64,000 nt of DNA from Cyanophora paradoxa CCMP329 (taxonomy: Eukaryota > Plantae > Glaucophyta). Within the stretch, counting starts at the first letter, position 1. Every line of letters begins with the position of its first letter. Below are positions 9,724 to 20,895 of the stretch, piece after piece. Below the pieces are notes generated by a model. That model saw only the letters and a list, made by a program, of their open reading frames with translations. It did no database searches and was not told where the DNA came from. The stretch is taken from positions 1-64,000 of the forward strand of contig QPMI01000029.1 of NCBI GenBank assembly GCA_004431415.1, written 5' to 3'. The position numbers and the translations under genes were made by a program.

Positions 9724-12700
9724 ATGCCCGCCCGCAGCCCGCCGCCTGGGCCGGCGCCTTGTGAAAGTTCGCCCCTGTTAGCGCACGGGGCGGCGAGGGG
9801 CGCGCAGCGGGATTGCACTTGTAAGACGGTGCGGGAGCTCACTGTCCGCGCTGGGCTCGCAAAGCTGATGGCCCGCAGCCCCCGCTGTTGGAGCGGCTTG
9901 CGAACAACCGGAAGAAGGTGGCCGCGTGGGGCGTGGGCGCGTTCATTCTCGTCGGAGTCGTTATCTTCTTCGTTTGGGGTGCGCGCTGCAGATCTAGATG
10001 CGCGCCCTCCGCTGCCGCGAAGCGCCAGCCCCGGTCGCGAGGCGGGGCGCGCACGCGCTGCGCGGCTTGCGGGCGCTAGCGCCGGTCGCACCGCGCTGGG
10101 AAGCTGACGGGCGCCCCGCAGGCGAGATGCAGGCCGGCTGGGAGAGCGCGGACTATGACGCGTTCGCGGCGAGGTTCTGCGAACAGAACCCGTGCACGCT
10201 GGACCTCGAAGAGGAGGGTTACACATTCGCTGCCATTGGAGGTGCGCACATCGCCGCTCGCCTGCGCACATCGCCGGCGCGCCGCCGACTGCCGCGGCCC
10301 GCCACAGATTGGGGACGGGCGGGAAAACACCACCAGCGGAAGGTGCGCGAGCGGGCGCCCGCGGCCCGCGGGAAGCGCACGCTCACGCGCTCCGCAGCTC
10401 GCGAAGGCGATGGGCGAGATCTGCAACAGGAGAAAGTGCAAGTTCATCATCAGCGTCGGCGACAACGTACGTGCGATTTGATCCGGATTTGATCCGGACT
10501 TCATCTCTGTGCGAACTCGATGCGCGCAGTTCTACCCCAACGGGGTACGCTCGGTGGACGACGGCGATTGGCTGGCGTCGTACGAGGAGGTGTACGACAA
10601 AGCGCCGCTGGGCGTGCGCTGGTACCCCACCCTCGGCAACCACGGTGCGCGCGAACGAAGACTAATCGAAATCGAAGCCGGGCCGATTTAAAGCTTACGG
10701 GCCGGCGGGGTACGCAGACTACATGGGGAAGCCGGCCGCTCAGATCGCGTACACGAAGCACAGCGCCCGCTGGTACTTCCCCGCGCGGTGCGCACGTACC
10801 CTCCGCCCCGTAGCGGCGTCCCCGCCCCGGCGTCCCCCTTCCCTCGGTCCCAGGTCTAGATCTTGATCTAGATCTTGATCTAGATCTAAGCTGGATTCGG
10901 ATCTGGATCCCGACCCCCCCCCCCTCCTTGCCTGCTGCTGGGCCGGCCTCTGACCTCTGAGGGGGCGCCCTGGGGTACTGGCAGGTACTACACCTCGCGG
11001 GTGAAGACGGAGCTCAGGAACGGCGAGGTCATCGAGGTGCCGTACCCCCCGCCCGTTCTACCCCCCCCCCCTCCTTCCCCCCCACAAGATCAGAGCCTGG
11101 GACTACAGTGCCCTTCGTGTTCGCGCTCGTGCCGTCCTAATCTAACCCAGCTCGCATCGGCCCCATCCATCTCACCGCATCGCCCTGCCCTCCTCCTTCC
11201 CGTAATCTCTAATCTCCTCTCCTCTATCCCCCTAGCCCAGCCCGTGTCGGCCTAATCTAGCCCTGCCCGCATCGCATCGGCCACCTAATCCCCCCCCCCC
11301 TCCTCTCCTCCTCCCCCTCCTCAGGTCGCGCTCTCCTTCTAGCCCTTCTAGAAGAGCATAATCTAGCCCGCACCGCCCTCCTCCTTCCCGTCTAATGTCC
11401 CCCTACCTCGCCCCTCGCATCACGTCACATCACATCACATCACATCACGTCACGTCACATCACATCACACATCGTGTAACCCCCTCTCCTCCCCCCCCCC
11501 CCCCCAGATGGCGCTCTTCTTCCTGGACACGAACCCGCTGGTGCCCTCCTACTGCGACAACGACCTCTTTGCCGAGGACCCCTGCGACCAGGTCCGTTTC
11601 AGAACTTTGCAACTCCGTTTTAGACCTTCATTCATTCGTTTAGAACTTTGTGACTCCTCCAGGGGCCCACGCCCCTCCCAGTCATTTGCGTGGGTGGGGC
11701 CCACGCCCCTCCCGGTCATTTAGATTAGATTAGGCTATCGATTAGACTTTCATTATAGAGTTTCATATTATAAAAGCCTAGGACTAGCCGCCCTACTTCA
11801 GGACCCCTGCGACCAGGTCCGACCCGGCCCACGCCCCACTTCTGATACCAGCTAGCTACCAATTGCAACCAGCCTAGGACCGCCCTACCTAGGACCGCCC
11901 ACGCCCCTCCCAGTCATTTGTAACAGAACTTTCATTCATAACTCCGTTTCAGAACTTTGCAACTCCGTTTTAGACCTTCATTCATTCGTTTAGAACTTTG
12001 CAACTCCGTTTAAGACCTTCATTTAGGGACTCTAGATCTTACAGACTTTTCATCGTGCAGGACGCGGCGGCACAGCTGGCGTGGCTGGACGAGCAGCTGG
12101 CGGCGGCCCGCGACGCCGACTGGCGCGTCGTCACCGGCCACCACCCCGTCCGCCCCGCCCCGCCCCCCGCCCTCTCCTTCCAAGGCCCTCAGATCTGATC
12201 TGAGGCGTGAGATCTGACCTGAATCCCCCCCCCCCGCAGCTCTACAGCGCGGCGGCGGCCCCGCCCGACGACGGCGGCGACCAGCGCCGCGACGAGGTAA
12301 CCCCTTCGCCTTCAGGCAGGAGGCCCTTTCTTGACTCATGTACCCCCCGCAGCGCTCGGCGGTGCGCTCGGCGCTCCTGCCGCTCTTCCGGAAGCACAAG
12401 GTGGATCTGTACCTCTGCGGGTGCGCGTGTACCTTCCTTTTAAACCGCGCGTACCCCTCCGCGGCCCCTGAACGGCGTACCCCCCTTCGCCGCCAGGCAC
12501 GACCACACAATGCAGCACCTGAAGCCGAAGGACGGCGTGACGCACTACGTCGTCACTGGCGCCGGTACCCCCACGACCTCCTCGAGCCCTCTCGTACCCG
12601 TGCCCCCTGTTCTGATCCGCGGGGGGTATAGGCTCGAAGATGGCGCACCACTTCCACCATGACAAGGTCCTCTTCGACCGCATCGAGCCCGACTTCTTCG

Positions 12701-12967
12701 GTGCGCGTACCCCCCTCGTTCTTCTCCTCCCCCCTCCCCAAACTGCTCTTAATCTCATCGTTCGCTCGCTCCGCCTGCAGGCTCGAAGCACACAGGGTTC
12801 TTCACGTTCACGATCCTCGGCCGCACGCGCATCCAGGTACCCCTCGAGCTCGCCTGCAATCAACTTTAATTGGATGTCGCGTGATCCGAAATCAATCTCA
12901 GGTGACGGCGTACTCGCGGCACGCGCACGGGGAAGACCTTCGATACGTCTCCGAGATCCAGAAGTAA
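9724..12967 (+). CDS. Purple acid phosphatase (TRAP/ACP5-like calcineurin-like metallophosphoesterase), ~16 exons, N-terminal TM anchor
   Basis: All five PAP metal-ligand blocks present across exons: GDWG, GDNFY, GNHDY, VTGHHP, CGHDH; also FFLDT, QLAWL, HYVVTGAGS; ends EIQK* (TAA 12965-12967). The start ATG at 9724 is inferred. Confidence 0.9.
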
Positions 12968-13519
12968 CTGCCGCGTAGTAACTGCCGGGCGCCAAGTAAC
13001 TGCCAGAAGTAACTGCCGCGGCCGGCGGTTACTTACTGCCGGCGCCGACTTCCTCGGCCTGGATTTTCCGGTCCAGGCGGGGGCCGTTGGACTCAGGAAG
13101 ATGCGCCTTATCCCGTTCGTCGTGGCCCGACCGCGCGGGCAATTGTTAGTATTTTGCAGTCTCCAGCCTACAGACGACTATCTCTTTTGCCGTTGCGAAT
13201 TGTGTCCATCGAAGAAGCTAGGAGTTTTTCAATTTAGGTATGTTGTGATTCAGATCTAGAGAGCATTTCCTTTCCCTCGTAGTATCGTTTCCGGGCAGTC
13301 TTTGAGTCGATCGGTGACTCGTTTACAGTGTTTATACGACGGTACCGCAATCTAGAGTCTCCCGTGTAAATGTCCACATGTAAACGCCACGCGCGCAGCT
13401 GCATGCACGGTCAGCCTGCACTGGATCATATATGCATGGTTATCTGATGCGATTCACGGCATTTACTAAGTTGGATCTTGCTAATTACAATGACAAATAT
13501 TAATTGGCCGCTTTCAGAG
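12657..13519 (+). repeat. Segmental duplication block A, copy 1 (copy 2 at ~35068-35925)
   Basis: Last three PAP exons, introns and downstream sequence (e.g. TTTTGCAGTCTCCAGCCTACAGA..GACTATCTCTTTTGCCGTTGCGAATTGTGTCCATCGAAGAAGCTAGGA) recur in the same orientation. Confidence 0.9.
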
Positions 13520-14063
13520 TAATGCATATTGCATATGATATCATGAATAATGATCATGATTATGATCATGATCATGATCATGAATGTGCGTGTGAACACC
13601 ATCATTGGATTCGGAATTCGAAATATTCAGGCTACTGTTAGTACACGTAATGATACTGTACGGCCCACAGAACACAGGAAGCTTAACTGTATACGTAGTA
13701 AACCCGACCGCGCGCGGCCGCGGTCGACCGTCGGACGTCGACGTCGCGGACTCGCGATCGCGGTTCAAGAATCAGCTCAGCAACGTTAACTGGCAAGCCT
13801 TGAAGATTCGCCTCGCGGCGAACTCGCGATCGGGGTCACCGGCCCGACACCGGGCCGGGTTCGACACGGCAATTTGCCGGCGCCGAAATCGCCGAAAACC
13901 GGGATTGCGCATGCCGTGTCGCCGGGCCAGACGCCGCCAGAGCCGCCAGACATTCGCTCTGTGGCGGCCTAAGAAAATTCCTACCCCCATGGCCAGGGCC
14001 CCAGCAACATTAACATTGCCGACTCGTTGAATTGCAATTGCTGATCGAACTCGGCATTGACTC

Positions 14064-14187
14064 TTTTTTTTTTGAGAGACTACGGTGGGGCGAACCCCCC
14101 GTAGGTAGTGATATTAAAGACAACAAAGCAATCACAAATCAAAGATACAGTAAACTAGCACAAAATATATACAGAATCAAGAGGGAT
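14064..14187 (-). mobile_element. 124-bp 5'-truncated non-LTR retroposon (LINE/SINE) 3' end
   Basis: T10 tract at 14064-14073 (poly(A) on -); 9-bp TSD CATTGACTC at 14055-14063 and 14188-14196; stem-loop at 14080-14104 just upstream of the tail. Confidence 0.8.
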
Positions 14188-15679
14188 CATTGACTCAGTG
14201 AGTCAGCAATTTACGGCAATTAAAAGACCCGGCTAAATTCCGCCTCCATCGCGAGCTCCCACATTTACAGCTGCAGGCTACAGTACCCGGTAGCCTCAAC
14301 GGTACCGGGTTCGCAACAACTTCGCATATCCATCCCGTCGCGATCGAACAGTTCGAGTGGCTCTTAGGAGCGCTTGCGCTATATATAGCTAGCGGCTCCG
14401 ACAACCTCCGAGGCTAGACCTCCGAGCCTACTAGCCTACCGTGTAACAGGAAAATACTGGACGCTGAAAATTAGTGGAGCCGGAAATTAGTGGACTGCTG
14501 TTCTACACGGTCGTTCGCTGGAGGAGGGTACAGTATACATGGTTATTATAACTTGTTTAATTTATTTATTATCTGGTTATATTGTATATCTAACGTATAT
14601 ATAATTAATTTATATAAGGTTATTCAGCGAATTTTCATTAATTATATATGTACGCTATATATATAGAGTTTAATACTTTAATTATTATGTTATTTAATTT
14701 ATTTACAATTGATTGTAAACCATTGCCAATGACTTGGAAGACCGATTGTTAAATAAGCAAACCGTTGCGATTGCGATTGATAATGAAGCATTGTTAACCG
14801 GCGACAGACAACATGACCGTGAAAAGAGAAGCCTCTTGCCTTGGTCACCCACCGACCAGGTGACCCGAGGCTGATATGGACCTCATATAATACTATTATC
14901 ACATAGGATATATATATAGGCCGGGCTATAGCCTATCCCGAGTCCAGGGAGCCGGGGAGTCAGTGACTCATAAAACACGCGCGTGACGCGTACTAGTACG
15001 TACTGTGAACGTAGAAATCTTCGACAGCGTCTTTATTTCGTCGACGTCCGGCGGTCTATCATAGTATATTCGAATTCGTCAGAAAGTTGACAGAAACCCG
15101 CTTCGACGAATATTAATATTTGATTCTAGCTACTAGTATAGATCTTGAACAAAACTTTTGTATGGAAAGGGGTACTAGCAGCTCACCCGTCTATGGCGAA
15201 GTCGCGGTGTCGACGAATACATGATGCGCATGCCATGATGCCGGCGAACCGTATTTTCGTCACGCGTACGATTCTCGGGTTTTGTCGAAATCAAGTCAGA
15301 CAAGTCTCGACGGAAATTCCGATCCTATACGTTTATAATAATTACAGTTTCTGCACAAGGGTAGTAGGAGTCGTCAAGCTACTCGTATAGCCAGCTGCAG
15401 ACTCTACCGGGGTAGATGTTGAGAGTCATCATGAGAGTCCGATCATGATGAGACTCCGATGATGCCACTGGCCCGTGGGCCATGAGGCCCATGATGAGAC
15501 CCCCGAGTCCCGGAGTCCGACGTCCGACGGTCGACGCCGTGACGGTCCGAGGCTCATGATCATGCCGCGCGCGGCGCGCACAGTGCGGCGCACTGCACAG
15601 TGGCAGACAGTGCACAGTGCACACTGCGGCGGATCGGAGTCCCGATCTCGTGCAGTCGACGCCGATCGCGAGTCGCGAC

Positions 15680-16428
15680 TAGGGCTGTAGTCGGTCCACC
15701 GCGACCCCCTACCCGGTGGTAGCACCCCCGCAACCGATACCGACCGGGTAGCTCCGGTAGAGGGGGGTACGTCGTGTTTCAGGCGAAAAAACGTGCAAAA
15801 GCAAACTAAAACTCGCCGAGCTCAAGGCGCTACGCGCCTACACGAATTTGGTGGTTGGTGGCATGGTCGGGGTCTTGAAGATGTTGACGCCGTTCTCGAG
15901 GCAGGAGCGGAGGAAAATGTACTGCAGGTCACTCAATCAAATGGCTTGCTTCTAGCGAGTCTAGCGTGGCTTGCTTCTTGAGCCGAACCTCCTCCTCCGT
16001 CTAGATCTAGATCTGCGGGTCGAGCGACCCTTAGACGCCCCGGATGCAGCCGGGCCGCGGCCCGCCGGCGCCGGCCGCGGCTGTCGATCGCGATGCATCG
16101 CGCAACAAGCTGAACGCGTCGGGCGCACCGCCGCTGCTGCCGCTGGCCATGGTCGAGTATCTGTGCGCTTCGCTCCTGCAGAGTCCTGCTGCGTGCGTGC
16201 CGCAGCTGCGCACTAGTACTGCGCGCGCATGCGCAGTACTACGTAGTACGTACGGCCGGCGCCGCGCGCAATAATAGTTCTGCGTGCACGTGCACGTGCA
16301 CGCGCGCTGCGGGCCCGTACCCCCAGCTTGTATGGTACCGGGTGTTCTTAGCGGTAGGCCCGCTCGGTCTACCGGCCGGTCGGTTACCCTACTGGCAACC
16401 GGCACCGACCAAACCGACTCCAGCCCTA
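15680..16428. mobile_element. Non-autonomous hAT DNA transposon, copy 1 (749 bp)
   Basis: TIRs TAGGGCTGTAGTCGGT / ACCGACTCCAGCCCTA (1 mismatch); 8-bp TSD GTCGCGAC at 15672-15679 and 16429-16436, fitting the nTnnnnAn hAT target pattern. Confidence 0.9.
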
Positions 16429-16460
16429 GTCGCGACCCGGCGCGGCGAGCAAGTTCGGAG

Positions 16461-17138
16461 TAGGGCTGTAGTCGGTCCGCCTCGACCCCCTACCCGGTGG
16501 TAGCACCCCCGCAACCGATACCGACCGGGTAGCTCCGGTAGAGGGGGGGTACGTCGTGTTTCAGGCGAAAAAACGTGCAAAAGCTAACTAAATGCAAGGC
16601 GCTACGCGACTACACGACTTTCTGAGGTTTCTAAACGGTTCTCTTAAGGGCGCGGAGGTCGGCGGCGGTGACCCAGTTGTGGGGGAGTGCGGGGTGGGTT
16701 GCCAAGTGCCATGGTGGGCCGGGGGTCTTGAAAATGTTGACGTCGACGCCGCTCTCGAGGCAGGATCGGAGCGGAGGAAAATGTACTGCAGGCCATTCAA
16801 TCAAATGTCAAATGAATTCGATAATCGACAAAGGAAAGCACGAGTTGACCTGGTTGAGCCGCGCCGTCGATCGCGACATGGAGACTCGCTTCTTCGAATT
16901 CGAAGCAATGTTGTTGACGTCCGAGAAAACTCGCTCAACCTGCAGTCGTTTAGGCGAGCTATAAGAGGGACTTGAGGAATGCGCACGACAACCGTGAACA
17001 GAGGTCGCAGGGAGGTCGAGGTCGCCGTACCCCCAGCTTGTATGGTACCGGGTGTTCTTAGCGGTAGGCCCGCCCGGTCTACCGGCCGGTCGGTTACCCT
17101 ACTGGCAACCGGCACCGACCAAACCGACTCCAGCCCTA
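16461..17138. mobile_element. Non-autonomous hAT DNA transposon, copy 2 (678 bp)
   Basis: Same TIRs and ~110-120 bp subterminal arms as copy 1; 8-bp TSD GTTCGGAG at 16453-16460 and 17139-17146. Confidence 0.9.
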
Positions 17139-18255
17139 GTTCGGAGCAACAGCAGCTCGCGGCTAACAGCACTGAGCAGCTCGCGGCTAGAGCTCAGCGC
17201 TACTAGGCTTGATTTCACTGACGCTGAGGCTCGCTCTAGCCTTGTACTAGCTATATATATAGCCTAGTATACGTAGCTCGTCACGTTAACGGGTTTCACG
17301 TTAGCCGAGGACCGGACCAGATTGCGCCGCAATGCCGTGGTGGAGGCCTAAGCCGCAGCCACCGCAGCCCAAGACGACATTCTACACCTTCAGTGAACTT
17401 TACTGCAAGGAGAACACGAGAGTGGACGTCAAGGTCGTAAACAACGCGCCGGCGTCGAGATACCAAGTGGGCAACGATTTCTACTAGTGCGCCTCGGGCC
17501 CACCATTCCCCTGGACGCCCCAAGTGTTGCGGCCCGCCCGGACTAACTCATTGGCCTTGGGCAATCTCTTTCGAATCGCAGCGATAAGGTCGTCGCAGAC
17601 TTTGGGGGTGACCCGTGCACGAAGTCGTCGGGCGTGAAATCCTGGGGTGAGGCTCCAAGGCTTGAGCTCGCAATTAAACTCATGATCAGTAGTGACTCTT
17701 GATCACCGCCCCTAAGGTGCCATCGGCGAGAACGGAGGCTTGGACTACCCATGCCGGACCTGGTTCGTCCTTTCGTGCACGCGGTTCCAGACCTGCACCT
17801 GCCCGCACCGCGGGGCCCGCAGTGCCCCGCGCTCGCGATCCGATGATCGTGCTCCGGTAATTATAACCTGCAGCTGACCGTAGCGTCGTGCAGCCCGGTC
17901 GACTGCACATCGCTTCCGGGCGGCGTATGCCCGTGCGACTGCGTGTACGAGCTGGGGGACGATTTCGACGTGAGTTGATGTCTTTCGTCCGGGCGTCCGG
18001 CGACCCTATCAGGCTGGCCATGGGCTAGCTATATTTTAGGCCGCTCTCTAGACAAGTATATTCGGTTCAACGGTTCGCGATCAGTATCGTCCCATATATA
18101 GCCATATAGGTTTCCTTAAGCTTATAACTACCACGGCTAGGTGTCCTTCGAATTTCCGGTCGTTCGAATTCGCGTGCCCGTGCCCCGTGCACGCGCAGAT
18201 CCAGCCCTGAATTGAATTCAAATTTCTGGCACAAAGCTGACACGCCGGGCGCCCC

Positions 18256-18697
18256 GTGGCGCAGCCGCGCGGCTCGGAGATCCTCCGCTTGGGCTCTGGA
18301 TACAATCTGAACGAGTGCTACACCGAGTGCCGTGAGGACGCTTATCTGGCCCGCACTAGCAACCGCGGGGGCGGCATGATGCAGCCCACCGAAAGCCAGG
18401 CCAAGAAGGTGCCTCGAGATCTGACTAATTCTAATTTTTAGCGCACCTTAATTCATGCATATTAATGATCGGACTGTTTGTCGGTCAGGTTATGGACGCG
18501 CTTTTCAAGGCCTTTTCCGCCTTCGGGCGCCTCAGGGCCTCGAAGAGAATGAGCTCCGCGTGGTTGAGGAGGCCGAGGCCGAGGCCGAGGCCGAGGCCTT
18601 CGAAGACGAGCTGCAGCTGGGGCTGCTCGAAGCGGATGCGGCCTCGTCGCAGCTGCAGCTCGCCGCTGGGGAGGAGTGCGACCTCCACCCCTGTTAG
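18256..18697 (+). pseudogene. Two-exon 3' gene fragment, possibly a transposase C-terminus
   Basis: EDAYLARTSNRGGGMMQPTESQAKK|VMDALFKAF, then a frame change into an acidic tail; loosely recalls the RGGL..PS motif of P-element-like transposases. No termini found. Confidence 0.2.
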
Positions 18698-19413
18698 CTA
18701 TATATATATATTATCCCTGCTAGCTATATATTGTAGGCTATAGCTAGCCTAGGCAAACTATAGCTAGGCAGCCCGGCCCGGCCCTGCTGCTTGGGGGGCC
18801 CGGCGGCTGCTCCCTCGGCCCAGCTTGCATATATATTGAAGCCTGAATTAAGCCACTTGCAAGCAAGCAAGCATTGTATGTATATGTATTATATCGAGGC
18901 CCGCAGTACGCAGGCTCATATGTACACTTGAATGAGATTCGAATTGCCCCTAGGCCTTCCCCCCCCCTTCAGCTTCCACACACATGTACACACCAAACCC
19001 CCCTTCCTCCGGATCCCCTCTCCCCCCCCCCCCCCCCCCCCCCCCCCTGACGACGGACGTCGACCAGAAGCGCAAGCCCACCCTGATCATGAGCTGTTTC
19101 TACGACGTAAAGCCAACAACGCATTAATATTCGGGACATGCACAATTGCAATTTGCAGCTGAGCCACCTCATGATCAAAAGCTTGGGCCGGACTCCGTGG
19201 CCGGACATGGCCGGATCATCGGATCAAAACCCGGATGATGGGCCCATTGGGCCGGACTCCGCGGCTGGGACGTCGACCCGGGATCCCGGATTCCCGGATC
19301 ATCGCGATCATCGCGGCCGGACCCGGGATTCCCGCGGCCCGGATCCCGCCGTCCGGCGCCGGCCGGAGCGGCGGATCCGGAGTCCGGACTCCGGAGTCCG
19401 AAGCACTGAATGC

Positions 19414-20610
19414 CACTGATGCTTCGGAGCTTCATCGGATTCTTCGGAGCTTGCTTCCGTTTTTTTCGAATCGGAGCTTTCGGATAACGGCTCCATAGTG
19501 CCTCGCTCGGAAGTGCCGCTTTGAATTTTTCTGAAGCCGTCTGGCCCCTTTTTTTCAAGCCGCTGTCCCGAGTCCCGACTCCGAGTCCCGACCGTCGGAC
19601 TCCCGAGCGAACCTCGGCCTCCCGGGCCCCGGCGAGCAGCTGCCAGCTGCAGCCTGCAGGCCCTGAGGCAGCGTCAACGTCGAACGGCGAGCAGCCACTG
19701 AGCCACTCAGAGACTGAGCCGAGCAGTCCCGAGTCCCGAGTCCCGACGTCGACTCCCCTCTAGATCTAGTCCGGTCCGCAACGTTGACGCCCCGCGCCCA
19801 GCAGCTCCACGCCCTTAATGGCTTGGCCTGCAGCGAGTGTAACTTCGGGGGTCCAAAAAACTCGTAGCGTAAGCTTTATGATAAAGCCGCCGAGCCCGAC
19901 TGCAGAGACGGTCTAGATCTGCGGTCGTCCGCCAGCGCGCGCAGCTGCGCCGGGCCGGCACGCGCCGCGGCCGCGACAGATGAGCTGCGCATGCGCCTGA
20001 CCGCGGCCCTCGCACACGCACACAGCGCAGGCAATTGTAACCGCCGCACGCCGTGACGGGACACGCGCACGCGCCAGCACGATGCCGATCATGGCAATGG
20101 ACAAGGACAAGTTTGAGGACGACGACATCGCGTACGACGGCGACTACCGCTGGGCCCCCCTCAAGTATGTTTTGAACCGTTGAACTGGTATAAATGTGGC
20201 TTCGCAGCACGTTTGATTTAAGCTCCTCGTTCCCCCCGCGCGCTCAGCGAGGGGACGTCGGCCGGATACGCCAAGCTTAAGGCCAATTGCAAGGCAACGA
20301 GGGCCAAAGCCACGAGGACGGCCGTGCTCTACCGTGGCGTGCGTCAGCTGCAGGCTGAGCTCGAGGCTGACCATGAGGCTGAGGCTGAGGCTGAGCTCGA
20401 GCGCAGGCCGACTGCAGCTCGGACAGCCTAACGCTCACGGCTGACGCCAAGAAGCTGTCCGCGCACGTGAGCAGCCCGGCCCCCCCCCCTCCCCCCCCCC
20501 TCCCCCCGCCCCGCCCGCCCGCGCCCGCCTGGCCCCTGGCCTCCGCCTCTAGATCTAGAGCCCTGTCGACTGAGACTCGACTCGCGATCGCGACCGGCCC
20601 CGGACCGTCT
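19414..20610 (+). repeat. Segmental duplication block B, copy 1 (copy 2 at ~36113-37135)
   Basis: Shared strings such as TTCGAATCGGAGCTTTCGGATAACG, AGTGCCGCTTTGAATTTTTCTG, ATGGACAAGGACAAGTTTGAGGACGACGACATCGCGTACGACGGCGACTACCGCTGGGCC and GCAGGCCGACTGCAGCTCGGACAGCCTAACGCTCACGGC. Confidence 0.9.
20082..20466 (+). pseudogene. 3'-truncated copy of the beta/gamma-crystallin-domain gene (three exons)
   Basis: MPIMAMDKDKFEDDDIAYDGDYRWAPL..|..TAVLYRG|ADCSSDSLTLTADAKKLSAH, paralogous to 36521-36946; homology stops ~20610 just before the retroelement nest. Confidence 0.7.
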
Positions 20611-20708
20611 CCGATATCGATCGCGAACCTTCAAATTTGCCATCGCCCTTGGCCTATACTAGGAGAGACCCCCCCTTATAACATACATGTCAGCTACAGA
20701 GTTACGCA

Positions 20709-20881
20709 TTAATGGGTAGTAAAGTAGATTTACTGAGGTTAGCGAGCCGGCTGATCGAGCCCCGTTTCGCAGTCTAAACTTCAAGTTCCGAATTTGATTC
20801 AGGTAGTCAACTTGTACTAGCGTACCCATACGCGGTTTCGCGCGCAAGCGCGGCGCCCGAGCCGCCTCAATTTCGCGTTTC
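20709..20881 (+). repeat. 5' terminal direct repeat (173 bp) of the Ngaro-like element
   Basis: Identical by eye to 33976-34148; the first 4 nt (TTAA) overlap the TSD. Confidence 0.95.
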
Positions 20882-20895
20882 AGGGCACGCACAGC

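Noticed and set aside
14437-14512. Tiny inverted repeat ACCGTGTAACAG...CTGTTCTACACGGT as a MITE
   Set aside because: About 75 bp, imperfect, no symmetric TSD and single in this window; insufficient support.
20709-20881. Hammerhead ribozyme (Penelope/retrozyme-like) in the terminal repeat
   Set aside because: No CUGANGA...GAAA core in correct order on either strand.
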